This document shows, one piece after another, positions 1 through 15,570 of a DNA stretch of 64,000 nucleotides. Within the stretch, counting starts at the first letter, position 1. Each line of letters begins with the position of its first letter. This stretch comes from Eledone cirrhosa (lineage: Eukaryota), in assembly GCA_964016885.1 (NCBI GenBank), contig OZ024743.1:44144001-44208000 (forward strand), read 5' to 3'. Both the position numbers and the translations under genes were made by a program. The notes beneath the pieces were generated by a model, which had not been told where the DNA came from, did no database searches, and saw only the letters and a program-made list of their open reading frames with translations.

Positions 1-96
1 GCAGCCTGGAACTCTACTTTTTATAATCCCTCCGATAAGTCGTTCGACCTGCGACGAGTCCACGCCCCGACTTTAGCTTTTAATAAACGCACGCAA

Positions 97-2377
97 TTGC
101 CGTCGCAGGTCGATGAACAAACAGAAGCACAATTTAGTATAGCTAGCTCTAAACTTAAAAATATTATAGAACAGTATAGTAAGAAGCATAATAGAATGGA
201 GGCCCAGCAACTGGGAGAAAAATCTGCAAATGGCTTGCGTAAGCTCATGCAGCGCTCGCGTAATGGAGATATAGCTTGCTTTCCAACAGACAAGCCTGGC
301 AGAATGTCGCTTGACAGTCTGCCAAACTACATCCAGGCAATGCAACCCCACATCACTAACACAAGAGAAGTAACACCACAAGAGCATGAGGATAGAGAAA
401 AAGCCCTCAATGCCCATATGGTGATGTGGACAAATTTGATGCAGCCCAACAAAGGACTGCCAAAAACTTCCAGGCCTGGAACAATGACGTGCCAGCGTTG
501 TATGGGCTTCGAAAAGACCATAATACGGGCAGTGACCCTGTCACGGGACCACCAACACGGCCAGTCTGTGGAGCCAACATTGCTAGTAACTACAGACTGT
601 CCTACTTCCTCTCCCTGATCATACGCCCCATCATTGAAATGTCCCCAGATGTATGTGACAGCACGGAGGACCTCCTAAGCAGAATCGGCGAGAGTAACCG
701 ATCTAGGGACCTAACAAACTGGATAATAGGTAGTATGGATCTTGTGTCCCTGTATCCATCTATTGACGTGGATTTTGCTGTGAAGAAATGCGTAGAAATG
801 ATCAGTGAGAGCAATGTTGAGTTCCGTGGGATTGATGCCAGTGAGCTGGGACTCCTACTTAAACTTACATATTGTAATAATTATCTAGACACATATGACC
901 TTAGCAACCTGTGCCCTACAAGACCAGCAAGAGGCAGACCACCTACCATTACCTCAATGGCCAAGAAAACCCACTCAGATAGATGGAACGGATGGACCAG
1001 AGCCATACGGACCCCCGAAAACCACGATGAACTAAAGAAAATGATTGCACATGCGGTGGAGGTCAGCATAAAATTAACCCTTAAGGAACAGATGTTCAAA
1101 TTTAATGGAAAAACATATGCCCAAGAGGAGGGAGCAGCCATTGGTGTTAGCATTGCAGGCGACATAGCTAACTTATTCATGGTATGGTGGGACAGTAGAC
1201 TTAAACTTAAACTTAAAGAACAATTAGAAGACCCCTTAACCCTGATAATGTACTCCCGCTATGTTGATGATATAAACATCGTAGTTAAAACACCCCACTA
1301 GAGAACAGTCAGGAATTAGAGGAAAACATAATGGAAAGCATCCAGCAAATAGCTAACTCCATCCACCAGAGTATTAGAGTTACTATAGACTACCCAAGCA
1401 AACACCCCAACCATCGATAACCTGTACTAGACACAGAGCTCTGGTTAGATACCATTAACAACAAAAAACAAATCCTCCATTCCCATTATGCCAAACCCAT
1501 GACTTCCAAATATCTGATCCAACGAAACTCAGCTGTTTCGGATCATACCAAAATCAACATACTGATTGCGGATTTGGTACGGGTGATGAGAAACGTGTCC
1601 CGCATGTGCAACTCCAAAGAACTAGATAGAGACACATACAACACTTCATCCACTGTGTGCGGTTCTCTGGTTACAATCAGAGAGATACAATCAGAGTGTA
1701 TAGAGGAGCGAGAACCAAATGGGAAAACATTTTAAATAGTGACACAAATGGGACCTGCTCCTTATATAGGAGCAAATTTTGGAATATAATAGAAAGAACT
1801 AGGAATAAGGCTAATAGAATAAACTCATGGTATGATAGCAATAAATACCAGAGTGTAATGTTCATCGATACAACCCCTAGAGGTGAATTAGCTTACAAAT
1901 TTAGAAGGGCGCTAGATAAATATAAACTCAATATTAAGATAGTAGAAAGACCAGCTACCTCCATAAAAACACTTATTAGCAAGACATACCCTTTTCAAAG
2001 ATAAGAAATGTATAACCTGTAAATTAAGCCCCCATATTAACTGTAAAACTAGAAATGTAGTATATAGCATAAGATGTACTGAAGGACAATGTAGAGATAA
2101 AAATATAGTGTACATAGGTGAGACAGCTCGTAGTGTAGGGGAACGGATAAATGAACACTGGCGAGACCTTCAAGATAGTAAAGAATCATATGTACTCTAC
2201 CAACATGCTAAAATAGTACATAAGGGTAAATTAGAGAACATAGAAATAAAAATAGAATCTACACACAGAAAAGACGCAATGTTTAGACAAATCACAGAGG
2301 CAATAGACATAAAAGAATTACAACCAAAATTAAATAGAAAACATGAGTGGAACAGCAACATCACAACTTACAATTAA
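97..2377 (+). pseudogene. Frameshifted PLE RT-GIY-YIG polyprotein
   Basis: Consecutive ORF fragments 97-618, 426-1301, 1499-1735, 1657-2004 and 2108-2377 are collinear with the copy at 42884-44825 and are broken by stops and frameshifts. Confidence 0.9.
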
Positions 2378-2578
2378 GTACAAAATGAAAACACACACGC
2401 ACATAGAACAGACAACCAACCAGTAACATGTAAATAAACAAATAAATAAACGAATATAAACACACACAGACACCCGGATGTGACGCATGCGCAGACTGAG
2501 CACACAACACACACGCAGAAACAAGATGGCGTAGGACAGAACAAAGGAGAGGCACAAAAACAAAAAAAAGAATCCCGA

Positions 2579-2621
2579 GTCACTGAAGAGGTCACAGAAT
2601 GTGTGACGAAAGAACTTTGAC
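2579..2621 (+). ncRNA. Minimal type I hammerhead ribozyme (family A)
   Basis: GTCA-CTGAAGA-G-GTCACA gaatg TGTGAC-GAAA-G aa C-TT-TGAC. Stem I GTCA/TGAC, 6-bp stem II, CUU triplet. Confidence 0.75.
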
Positions 2622-2751
2622 AATATATAAACAACCATCTGGTTGTGGAACCAACAACCCAACCGGAAATTTATAAATTTATTATAATAAATTTAAGTGA
2701 AAGCAACTGGTGCGTGTGTTTCTTATCGGCAACATGACCCTGCCAAAGTAT

Positions 2752-2830
<79 letters not shown>

Positions 2831-2980
2831 TAAAGTTAGATGTGTGTGTGTGTGTGTATGTATATCCGAAAGTATTGGAGAAATGAGAGAAAAGAGAACT
2901 ACACACTGAAGTAGATTTTAAGTAAACATTTTGATGCAGAGGAATTTTGAAAGAGCTATAGCTGAAGTACTGCAATGACA

Positions 2981-3110
2981 TCTCTATTTATCGATCTCGA
3001 AAGTATGAATGGCAATGTGAACCTAGGTGGAATATCAACTCAGAACGGAGAGAGTTAGAACAAATACCACAAATCGCACCTACCTTCTAACGATTCTGAC
3101 AATTTGGTGC
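2981..3110 (-). mobile_element. Old, diverged Meta-domain-type SINE fragment
   Basis: TTTATCGATCTCGAAAGTATGAATGGCAATGTGAACCT...AACTCAGAAC resembles the younger SINE copies. Confidence 0.45.
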
Positions 3111-3169
3111 CTAATTATTTATATATTTATTTTTCATAAACTTATAAATATCAATTAATGTAAATACAG

Positions 3170-3267
<98 letters not shown>

Positions 3268-3400
3268 TATATTCATTAGTTAAGCAAAACAAGACCACAA
3301 ATTTCACAAGGAAGACATTATTAAAAGATTGTCAATATAGTTTTAGTTTAATATAAGGAATGTAGAGAATAATAATAATAATAATACTATTAATAATAAT

Positions 3401-3630
3401 AATTGTTTATACTTTTGGCACAAGGCCAGCAATTACCCAGTGCATTACTAGTACTTTATTTTATCGACCCCGTAAGGATCAAAGGCAAAGTTAACCTTTA
3501 TTATTAATAATAATAATTGTTTCTACTTTTGGCACAAGGCCAGCAATTACCCAGTACATTACTGGTACTTTATTTTATCGACCTCGTAAGGTTGAAAGGC
3601 AAAGTTAACCTCGGCGGGATTTGAACTCAG
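3401..3630 (-). mobile_element. Two partial tRNA-derived Meta-domain-type SINEs inserted in the PLE terminus
   Basis: TTTATCGACCCCGTAAGGATGAAAGGCAAAGTTAACCTCGGCGGGATTTGAACTCAG-like sequence, present twice. Confidence 0.85.
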
Positions 3631-3685
3631 ATCAATTGAACTCAGAAACAATTGTAAACGGATATTATTAATAATAATAATGTCC

Positions 3686-3804
3686 GTTTACAATTGTTTC
3701 GCTACTCCATATAATGTTTCTGGATCAAATGATTATAGATCATTATTGATCTGGGTCAGTTGAAGATAATTAACTTAGGTGCATTTAGAGCAGCTCATCA
3801 GAAC
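3686..3804 (-). ncRNA. Type I hammerhead ribozyme with very long stem II (family B)
   Basis: Reverse complement reads GTT-CTGATGA-GCTGCTC...GAGTAGC-GAAA-C AATT G-TA-AAC. Intact core, palindromic loop III, GUA triplet. Confidence 0.8.
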
Positions 3805-6173
3805 TTCAAAAGGAATATAAATTAAAATATAGAAAGAATGTTACATGAATGTAACATGTAGATGTGAATGGGGAGTTAAGCCAGGTGATATTTCTAGGTC
3901 TATTCATTCTAGGGGTTCTAGTGGAGTTGGTAGGCGCCTTCCCAGGGTTATTATTACCTCGGGATTTGTTATTTGTCATCCATTTCTCATTCCTATTCTC
4001 GGGTTGATTTTTAGTTTGCTACTTGGAGTGGGGAACAGGCCGCTGCCACTATTAAACTTCCCTGTATAGGTGCTGTTACTGCTAAAATTCCCGCGAATCT
4101 GGCTATATGGTAGGATATTTCTAGTTCTAGTGTTAAGTTTATTATGGTGAATTGCTGTGTTATGGCATTTAGGTATGTAATAAATTGATTGTTCGTAACC
4201 AGATTCAGAAAGAGCCTTATTATAATATTGTGCATGGTTTATAAATATCTCCTCATTTGCTGATAGCATTGAGATCCTATACGAGATAGATTTGATTACT
4301 GCTCTGATGACTGCAGGTGGGTGGTTAGAGTGTGGGCTAATATATGTGAGTATTTTACCTGGTTTATGGTAAGGGTAATATAGGTTATTGTTGAGATCCA
4401 GGGTGACGTCTAGGAAGTTTACTACTTTATGGTTCGGCTCGATGGTGATAGAGACCGTTATTTTTAAAGAATCTATGTAATTGTTTTGTTAACAAAACAA
4501 TGCCGCGATTAGTGAAATTGTGGACTGCAAATAGGGCGTCGTCCCTGTATATTCCACCTTGCAAGGGTGGGATTTGGGCTCTGATGTTATGTAATAGGCA
4601 AATTCTAACTAAATCGGTGATTAGCGAAGTCACTTGAGCCCATCGTGATGTCAAAGTTGTCTGTTGTATCTTTTTCTAGTCCAGAGTGCTCCGTTGTGTT
4701 CAATGATAGTCTGCCTAGCCATAAATATGATGTTAATCTCATTATTGGTTATGTCCGAGTTGGTGCTGGCTACGGTTAATGCTTTGTTGAGCAGTTCCGT
4801 GGTTATTGACGCATAATAGCTGTCGATGTCAAATTGGATGAACCTCATAGATTTCTTGGACCTTAGATAGGAGAACCATCTAATGAAGTGGCCGGAGTTG
4901 GACCACAACTTGTAGGTGATATCATCCCGTGGCCCAGGGATTATCCTATCAAGGATGTTCTTACTGATACGGCCCAGGTCGGATGTGGTTAGGCTTATAA
5001 GTCTAATAGATGGGTTCTCTATAAAGTGTGGCTCATGATCCTTGGGAGAGAACTTTGGGGTTGTTGGTACATAAGGGTGGGTAAATCTATCCAGATGCAA
5101 GTCCTTAACCAAAGCCTGGGCTTTTCGGTTAAGTACGTTTACACTGGAGGGTATAGTTTTTTTTATAGTTTTTATTGAGTTAATTAAGAAGGAAAGAGTT
5201 GTAAGTTTCAGGAGTCATGGTGTATAGGTTTTTAGTTTTGTCAGACATAACATGTAAGAGGTGGCTATCTTTAAATTTGTTTATAGTTGTTGCTAATTTA
5301 GTGAGAAAATTATTCTTGTATCTATAATGATTTTTGAATTTAATGCTCCTGACGGAGTTGAATAGATCTTTCTCAAAAGGGTCCAGCAGGATGTTGTGTG
5401 GGGGGTTCTTGCAGGTGGTAAATCCATATCTATTTGCTGTACTTCCGGCGTCAGCACCAACCGCACGGTCAAAGTGGAACGCTTTCCATCTTATTCTTCG
5501 GATGAAAGAGTTGACACTCTGTACCCTTTAAGGTACGCTATAACGCGCACTCTTTTTCCTTCCGAGACCTAAGCAACAGATGTTCGACATCGCTAGCTAG
5601 GCTCATTAAACACCTTAAATTAAGTAACGTTCAACACTCACTAAAATGGGATATCGTGGCTAGGGCCCAACCGTTCAATGGACGAAGAAAAGCTTGTGAT
5701 CTCTGTATTACAGAAGCACAACTTCTACCGATTAACGATAGAACGGAGGTAACTATTAGCTGTCAACAACGAAGGGCTAATTCCTTCGCCAATAGAATAT
5801 TTGACCCATTTTTACTTGTAGATAATAAGTTAAATAGCTATTACTAACTTAGATAATTATAAGTTACCTCCGCTACATTGTCTCTCAATTGCAAAATTTA
5901 AAAATTAGCACTTAACTTTAAACTACCCACAATTTTTAATGTCTCGATGAGTTACTTCCCCTGAAACCACCCTCTAATTAGTAAGGTAAATATGTCCTTT
6001 GGCAGCCATCTTGTTACCCATAGGCAGATCTCACACAATGCAGCCTCGACAGATGAATAGTGCTTGATTATGGCTGTCAACTGATGCAACCAAGACACCA
6101 TAGTGAAAAACTAATATATGGAACATTATATTATGTAACATTCTCTCCTTTTTTTAATTGATATTCCTTTGAA

Positions 6174-6285
6174 GTTCCGATGAGCCGGTCTGTTTTTTAA
6201 ATATGTTAATTATGTTCAACTGAACCAGATCAATATAGTCATCTGATCCAGAAATATTATATGGAGTAGCAAAACAATTGTAAAC
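6174..6285 (+). ncRNA. Decayed copy of family B hammerhead
   Basis: GTT-CCGATGA-GCCGGTC...GAGTAGC-AAAA-CAATTG-TA-AAC (U4>C, G12>A). Confidence 0.6.
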
Positions 6286-6406
6286 GGACATTATTATTAT
6301 TAATATTATTATTATTATTCTCTACAGTCCTTACATCAAACTATTATATGTTGACAATATTGTAATAATGTCTTCCTTGTGAAATTTGTGTTCTTGCTTT
6401 GCTTAA

Positions 6407-6449
<43 letters not shown>

Positions 6450-6620
6450 GCACATAGGTGTACACTTATTTAATCTACTAATAGATAGATCCCATAGCGT
6501 TCTTGCTCGACAATAGGGAACGTTATTTGATGATATTTTGCATCATTATTGTTTCATGTAACATACAGAACTGTTCCCATGCATAATACTTTCTACAGAG
6601 ATAAGAGATCATTATTGAAT

Positions 6621-6773
6621 GTGTTTGACGCAGAGAGTTACGGCCCTTGCCATTCTGAGTTCAAATCCCGCCGAGGTTAACTTTGCCTTTCATCCTTACG
6701 GGGTCGATAAAATAAAGTACCAGTAATGTACTGGCTAATTACTGGCCTTGTGCAAAACGTAGAAACAATTATT
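6621..6773 (+). mobile_element. Meta-domain-type SINE, 5' truncated
   Basis: B-box GAGTTCAAATCCC, core GCCTTTCATCCTTACGGGGTCGATAAAATAAAGTACC, tail AGAAACAATTATT. Confidence 0.85.
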
Positions 6774-7126
6774 GAATGTTTGTTATATTAAAAATTGGGG
6801 AAATACATTTTCATAGTGAAATCAATGCAATGTTAAAAGTTCCTAATTTATTTTGTTCTGTGTGTTCGTTGATTGGCTGGAATAATTTAAGCAGTTTTAG
6901 CAAGTGAATTTTTAAGGCATGAGCCAACATGTTCATTAACATCATAGGAAAACACTGCATTATTCCAAACATAAGGCAGCTTAGTCTTTATAAATATTTA
7001 TGAGGGCATGATATGGCGCAAGAATTGAAGAATGTTTAATATTATACTATTTACATAATTCTGAAAATGGTGAAACACTAGAAATGAGAAATATTCCTTG
7101 AAAAATATGAAACGCACACACACACA

Positions 7127-7163
<37 letters not shown>

Positions 7164-7192
7164 ACACACACGCGCACACACAAACACATATG

Positions 7193-7266
<74 letters not shown>

Positions 7267-7349
7267 TATACATTATATATTATTATTCTTATCTATATAT
7301 ATATTATATATTAATAATATATTATATATATATATATATATATACAGAT

Positions 7350-7520
7350 TGACCTTTTTAGGTTCAGAAGAGCCCGTTAAGAGTGAAAGCACCGATTCTT
7401 TGCTTAAACTTTAAACTGTTATTTTAATAAATATTTGCTCTACGATTCTTATACATTTGATATATATTTATTATTATCGAGCCTGATTTGGATTTTAGTC
7501 TTCAAATGTATTATTACTAT
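7350..7520 (+). repeat. Family D PLE-like terminus with degenerate HHR-like motif
   Basis: Homologous to 8470-8875. CAGAAGA-GCCC gttaa GAGT-GAAA-GCAC. Flanked by (TA)n. Confidence 0.6.
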
Positions 7521-7525
7521 ATATA

Positions 7526-7638
<113 letters not shown>

Positions 7639-8156
7639 TAAATCATGTCTAAAGACATGATTTATGATATATTGCTCTGATTATTTAATTTATTAATTCT
7701 TGATAGAGCCACAAAGTGACCGGTTGCAACATATATAACTCTATGTATATGTAAACCTTTATATATATATATATATATATATGAAATCGGGGTCTAGCAA
7801 ATAGAGAAAATCTTTTAAAAGAAATTTTAAAAAATTCGCTGTACTTACTATATGTGCCTTTACCGCGGTTTCAGGCTCCAGAATAAACGGAAACTCCAAG
7901 CGAATTTTCATTGAGAAGGGAGCAATCTTCAGAAGGCTCTTCTCCCTCGGAGAATATAAAATTCGCGAGTTCAAATGACAAAATGTCGCCATACAAAACC
8001 ATTCCCAAATGAGAATTATGATGAAAGAAATAATTCTGCCTGGTGCCGTGTGCAAAGACCAAAAGCAGGGTGGACAGGGCAATGTCCTGCCACTAGAAAT
8101 AGCAACAGTCGAAACAGCCAAAATGTTATCTCTACCTTAGGGAGCGATCAATAATA

Positions 8157-8382
<226 letters not shown>

Positions 8383-8391
8383 ATATACATA

Positions 8392-8463
<72 letters not shown>

Positions 8464-8469
8464 AATAAA

Positions 8470-8642
8470 AGGTTAAAGTTTAAGCAAAGAATCGGTACTT
8501 TCACCTTTAACGGGATCTTCTGAAACTAAAAGATCCCTTTAAGGGTGAAACCACCAATTCTTTGCTTAAACTTTAATCTGTTATTTCAGTAAATATTTGC
8601 TCCAGGGTTCTTATACATTTGATATTATTTATCCTTATTGAG

Positions 8643-8731
<89 letters not shown>

Positions 8732-8875
8732 GTAACAATAATATATTTGAAGAGTAAAATCCAAAGGGGGCTAAATATATCAAATATATAAGAACCCTAG
8801 TGCAAATATTTACTAAATTAACAGATTAAAGTTTAAGCAAGAATCGGCGCTTTCACCCTAAAGGGATCTTTTAGT
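8470..8875. repeat. Family D inverted-repeat cluster (three copies)
   Basis: 8470-8530 is inverted against 8525-8640, and 8730-8875 is a further inverted copy across (TA)n. Confidence 0.75.
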
Positions 8876-9003
8876 TATATATATGTGTGTGGGGGGGGGG
8901 CGTGTGTGTGTGTGTTTGTGAGTGTGTTACGTAATTCCAAAGGAATAGCAAAGGGATAAAGAGTGCTCTATGTATAGAGCAGAGTTATTTAATTCGATAA
9001 CAT

Positions 9004-9073
9004 CTCTGTCTGACGACCGATCCAGACGTATATATTATTATCGTCTGTGATCCAGAAACCTTTGGTATTGGAG
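9004..9073 (+). ncRNA. Type I hammerhead ribozyme candidate with extended stem II
   Basis: CTCTGT-CTGACGA-ccGATC CAGACG...CGTCTG t GATCca-GAAA-CC ttt GG-TA-TTGGAG. Confidence 0.65.
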
Positions 9074-9289
9074 TATTTATATTTTGTGTTGTTCATTTTC
9101 GAATATATATATATATAGACCACCTTCGGTAACGAATGTCCGTGAGGTTTGCATCTTGCGTGTTTCCCTCGGAAGTACCAGCACGGGCATGCTGTTTAAT
9201 AGACGAGCAGCATGCCAATGATGGCTTACCACGCGACCCATATTAGCCACGTATAAGACGAAAGGAGTTACATCACGCCCCCAGAGATA

Positions 9290-9440
9290 TCGCAACTCAT
9301 TTCTACAGCTGATTCAATTGGAACAATGTGAAATAAAATGTGCTACTTATGGACAGAACGCATCGCCCAGTCTGGGAATCGAACACACAACATCACCATT
9401 GTGAATCCAACCGTCTAACCACTAAACCACTTTCCTTCAT
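9290..9440 (-). mobile_element. tRNA-derived SINE, second family (CORE-like central domain)
   Basis: Reverse complement has A-box-like AGTGGTTTAGTGGTTAG and B-box-like GTTCGATTCCC. Related to 25525-25650 and 36040-36177. Confidence 0.55.
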
Positions 9441-9483
9441 ACATAACTCACGGATCTGTGTCTGTGTATGTGTGTGTTTGTAC

Positions 9484-9562
<79 letters not shown>

Positions 9563-9610
9563 TGTGTGTGTGTGTGTGTGTGCAAACAACAAGGACACTC
9601 TATCTCAAAA

Positions 9611-9790
9611 TTATTTTTGAAAAGCATTTTGAAATGTGCAACCGGTAAAAACTTAATAACTTAAAACCACAACTGAATACTAACCCATACAATCACTAAT
9701 TAAACCATTTTTCAACTGTGAACAATTTGTCAGCATTTTCTATTCCGTTTACCAATATATAATAACTTGTGTGTTACACCTCTCTTCGTT

Positions 9791-9795
<5 letters not shown>
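9611..9795 (+). repeat. Family H terminus with variant HHR (TTGAAAA...GCAA)
   Basis: Near-identical to 49361-49555. Confidence 0.75.
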
Positions 9796-9874
<79 letters not shown>

Positions 9875-9890
9875 GGGAGAGAGAGAGAGA

Positions 9891-10035
9891 TAGAAGTGGT
9901 TACACAACAGTTAGTTCACCTTACCGAGAACAATTGTTTCTCCTTAGAGGATCCTCAGCTAATCGAGCTAAGGATCCTCTAAGGTGAAACAATTGTTCTC
10001 GGTTTGGTGAACTAACTGTTGTGTAAGCACTTCTA
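9891..10035. mobile_element. Family C PLE terminus palindrome with two divergent HHRs
   Basis: About 70-bp inverted arms matching the pseudo-LTR of 12430-12570. Minus-strand HHR AG-CTGAGGA-TCC tctaa GGA-GAAA-CAATTG-TT-CTCG; plus copy has CTAAGGA. Confidence 0.85.
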
Positions 10036-10094
<59 letters not shown>

Positions 10095-10370
10095 ATAAAT
10101 GTAAGCTATCGCCGTATTTTGACTAAAGAAACTAAAGAAATTATTTAGCCTGGTAGTGGGGTTAAGAACCCTCCTAGAAATGGAAAAAGATGAGTATTGA
10201 CGTACATGGGAGAATATTCTTACTTGATATTTATATATATATATATATCCTGAGTTTTTCGAATATTAATAATATTCGATTCGTTTGCAATTATGCAAAT
10301 AAGTCTCATTTTTAAAGCCATGTCAGTAGAATGAACACTTCATTATTGCTCTTGTGTTGGCGTATAAACA

Positions 10371-10420
10371 GAACTGCCGACTCTAATGTTTCTGGGTATC
10401 ACCCTTCATCAGTACAGCTC
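10371..10420 (-). ncRNA. Type I hammerhead ribozyme (family F)
   Basis: Reverse complement GAGCTGTA-CTGATGA-A GGG tgata CCC A-GAAA-C attaga G-TC-GGCAGTTC. Intact core, GUC triplet. Confidence 0.8.
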
Positions 10421-10536
10421 ACTGTTCACCTACCAAATGTCAGAGCTAGTAAAAATATATGGTATTTTTTTAAATATACATGATTGATCGGCCTGATTTG
10501 CATATCAGCAGACTGGCCAGTCAGTTTCCTGTATAC

Positions 10537-10586
10537 GAGCTGTACTGATGAAGGATGATACCCAGAAACATTAGTGTCTGTAGATC
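10537..10586 (+). ncRNA. Type I hammerhead ribozyme (family F)
   Basis: GAGCTGTA-CTGATGA-A GGA tgata CCC A-GAAA-CA ttag TG-TC-TGTAGATC. Confidence 0.8.
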
Positions 10587-10749
10587 TGTTTATATGCCAA
10601 CACAAGGGCAAGAATAAATAGTTCATTCTACTGACATGGCTTTCAAAATGAGTCTTGTTTGCATAATTGCAAGCGAATCGAATGTTATTATTAATATGCG
10701 AAAAACTCAGATTACATTTATTGTATTCAACCATGTGCATATAAATATG

Positions 10750-10870
<121 letters not shown>

Positions 10871-11008
10871 CTATGTATGTGCGTGTGTATCGGAGTATGT
10901 TAGTGTAGGTCAGTGTGTGTGTGTAACTTTGCGTGGGACAACACATGGCGAAAGCGAAGAACCTTGTATAGTTTTGGGCCGGATGGATATAAACGTATAG
11001 TGACCATG

Positions 11009-11266
11009 CTACACTTCCACTTTATTACTACACTTGCACTTTATTACTACACTTCCACTTTATTACTACACTTCCACGTTATTACTACACTTCCATTTTA
11101 TTACTACACTTCCAATTTTTTACTACACTTCCACTTTATTACTACACTTCCTCGTTATTACTACACTTCCATTTTATTACTACACTTCCACTTTATTACT
11201 ACACTTCCACTTTATTACTACACTTCCACGTTATTACTACACTTCCACTTTATTACTACACTTCCA
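11009..11266. repeat. 19-bp minisatellite, about 13.5 copies
   Basis: Unit CTACACTTCCACTTTATTA repeated head-to-tail with no spacers. Confidence 0.95.
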
Positions 11267-11857
11267 GTTAGTTCAAGGCAGCAATTCATGTTTCCTCAAT
11301 TCTCAGTCATATTTCAGATTGTTACTACTGATTGCCCATGCACCTCAAATTACGTTTTACACGCTTCTTTTTACATTATTGCCATTTTTCAGTTCTGAAC
11401 CGATCTATTAGACATGACGGTCACCACGCGTTTGCCGAGCATCAGTTTCGACGATTTTTCATCTGATTAGGCTGAAGTCAGTGTACATTGATATCACCAC
11501 TTACGTTTCCGAGATATCCACACGGGCGTCATTGTCATATTCTACTGCCATAAATATAATATATCAGAGGAAATAACCAGAGAAACATAAGTATAAAGAG
11601 CGATGTGTCAATTGCATGTAAAATCATTTCCCATTTCTGTCCAATGATATCACATATTGTCACGCTAATATAATATTAAAACAAAATTACCAGGTAGAAG
11701 AAAAGACATGCCTAGTCATTGATTGAGTCTAACGCTTGCAGAATATAATTAAAACATTTATTTTATTGGGAATTTTCACATCACAAGTTATTAGGTTATC
11801 TCTAAGTACACGCATATATAGAGCAATCTCTCTCCCCCCATCTACCTATCCTTCTCG

Positions 11858-11933
<76 letters not shown>

Positions 11934-11950
11934 ATATATATATATATATA

Positions 11951-14777
<2,827 letters not shown>

Positions 14778-15403
14778 TATATATATATATATATATATTT
14801 GTTTACTATTCGAATTACATGCTGACGGTCGTAGCAGTATATATTAACATCTCAATGGAGTTCAACATGTCTAAATACGTTTATATTAGCTGTGTACTAC
14901 AGATATATATTTTTCTTTCTTTCATATGTGTGGATAGAGAAGAAATATAATCAATAAAAACATGTATTATCTAATTCCGCGAAAAAGAAACTTTTAATGA
15001 ACCACATTTAATTGACATATGAAAATGATGACTCAAATAGATTTAATTTAAATGGAATAAATCTTGAATATTATTGAAGGTGAAATACTTACAGATTCTA
15101 TCCATGATGAATATTTTAAAATTATTTTAAAATCATAGGCGTAACCTTTCATTAGATATATGCTAATGAAAGTGTTAAATATCAACGAAACACTAATGTA
15201 TTTGACTGCAACAGAATGTATATTTTTCTTACATGTGAATGACGTTTAATGAAAATAGATATCTTATGTTATCAATCAACGTAAGTGGATTAGAAAAAAA
15301 ATATTTAAGTTACCGAAGAATTATTTAATTAATTAAGCAGAACATTTTAAGCAACACAAGTTTTAATTCAAATCATAATGCATAATGATACCACGAAGAA
15401 TAT

Positions 15404-15570
15404 AATTGTTTCTAGTTTTGGCACAAGGCCAGCAATTATTCCAGTGTATTGCTGGTACTTTATTTTATCGACCCCGTAAGGATGAAAAATTTGAACTCGG
15501 ACCATAAAGGGTCGTAACTCTTTGCTGCAAAGCATGGAGTCAGACCCTTTACCGATAATGCCAATCCACC
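15404..15570 (-). mobile_element. Meta-domain-type SINE with target-site duplication
   Basis: SINE core; CCACGAAGAATATAAT duplicated on both sides. Confidence 0.85.

Larger units (their letters stand above)
1..2757 (+). mobile_element. Penelope-like retroelement, family A copy 1 (5' part outside window), with 3' pseudo-LTR ending at (TA)n
   Basis: RT motifs SMDLVSLYPSI, QEEGAAIGVSIAGDIANLFM, YSRYVDD (426-1301). GIY-YIG motif YIGETARSVGERINEH (2108-2377). Homologous to 42195-45312. The 3' end ATGACCCTGCCAAAGTATAACAA is followed by (TA)n. Confidence 0.93.
3271..6410 (-). mobile_element. Penelope-like element, family B (Naiad-like), with inverted termini
   Basis: Minus-strand RT fragments FIQFDIDSYYASIT and GGIYRDDAL, plus thumb region. 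Inverted plus-strand EN tail CDLCITE (5656-5847). Termini 3276-3380/3680-3820 are inverted copies of 6160-6410. Flanked by (TA)n. Confidence 0.85.
10249..10735. mobile_element. Family F inverted-repeat element with two divergent HHRs
   Basis: 10249-10420 is inverted against 10537-10710. A third copy lies at 41420-41640. Confidence 0.85.

Noticed and set aside
7780-8130. Possible mariner transposase remnant (LPCPP...AP)
   Set aside because: Only faint similarity; no catalytic motif or terminal inverted repeats identified.
11009-11266. Possible CRISPR array or repeat protein
   Set aside because: Contiguous 19-bp units with no spacers, eukaryotic context and no cas genes; the ORFs are repeat artefacts.
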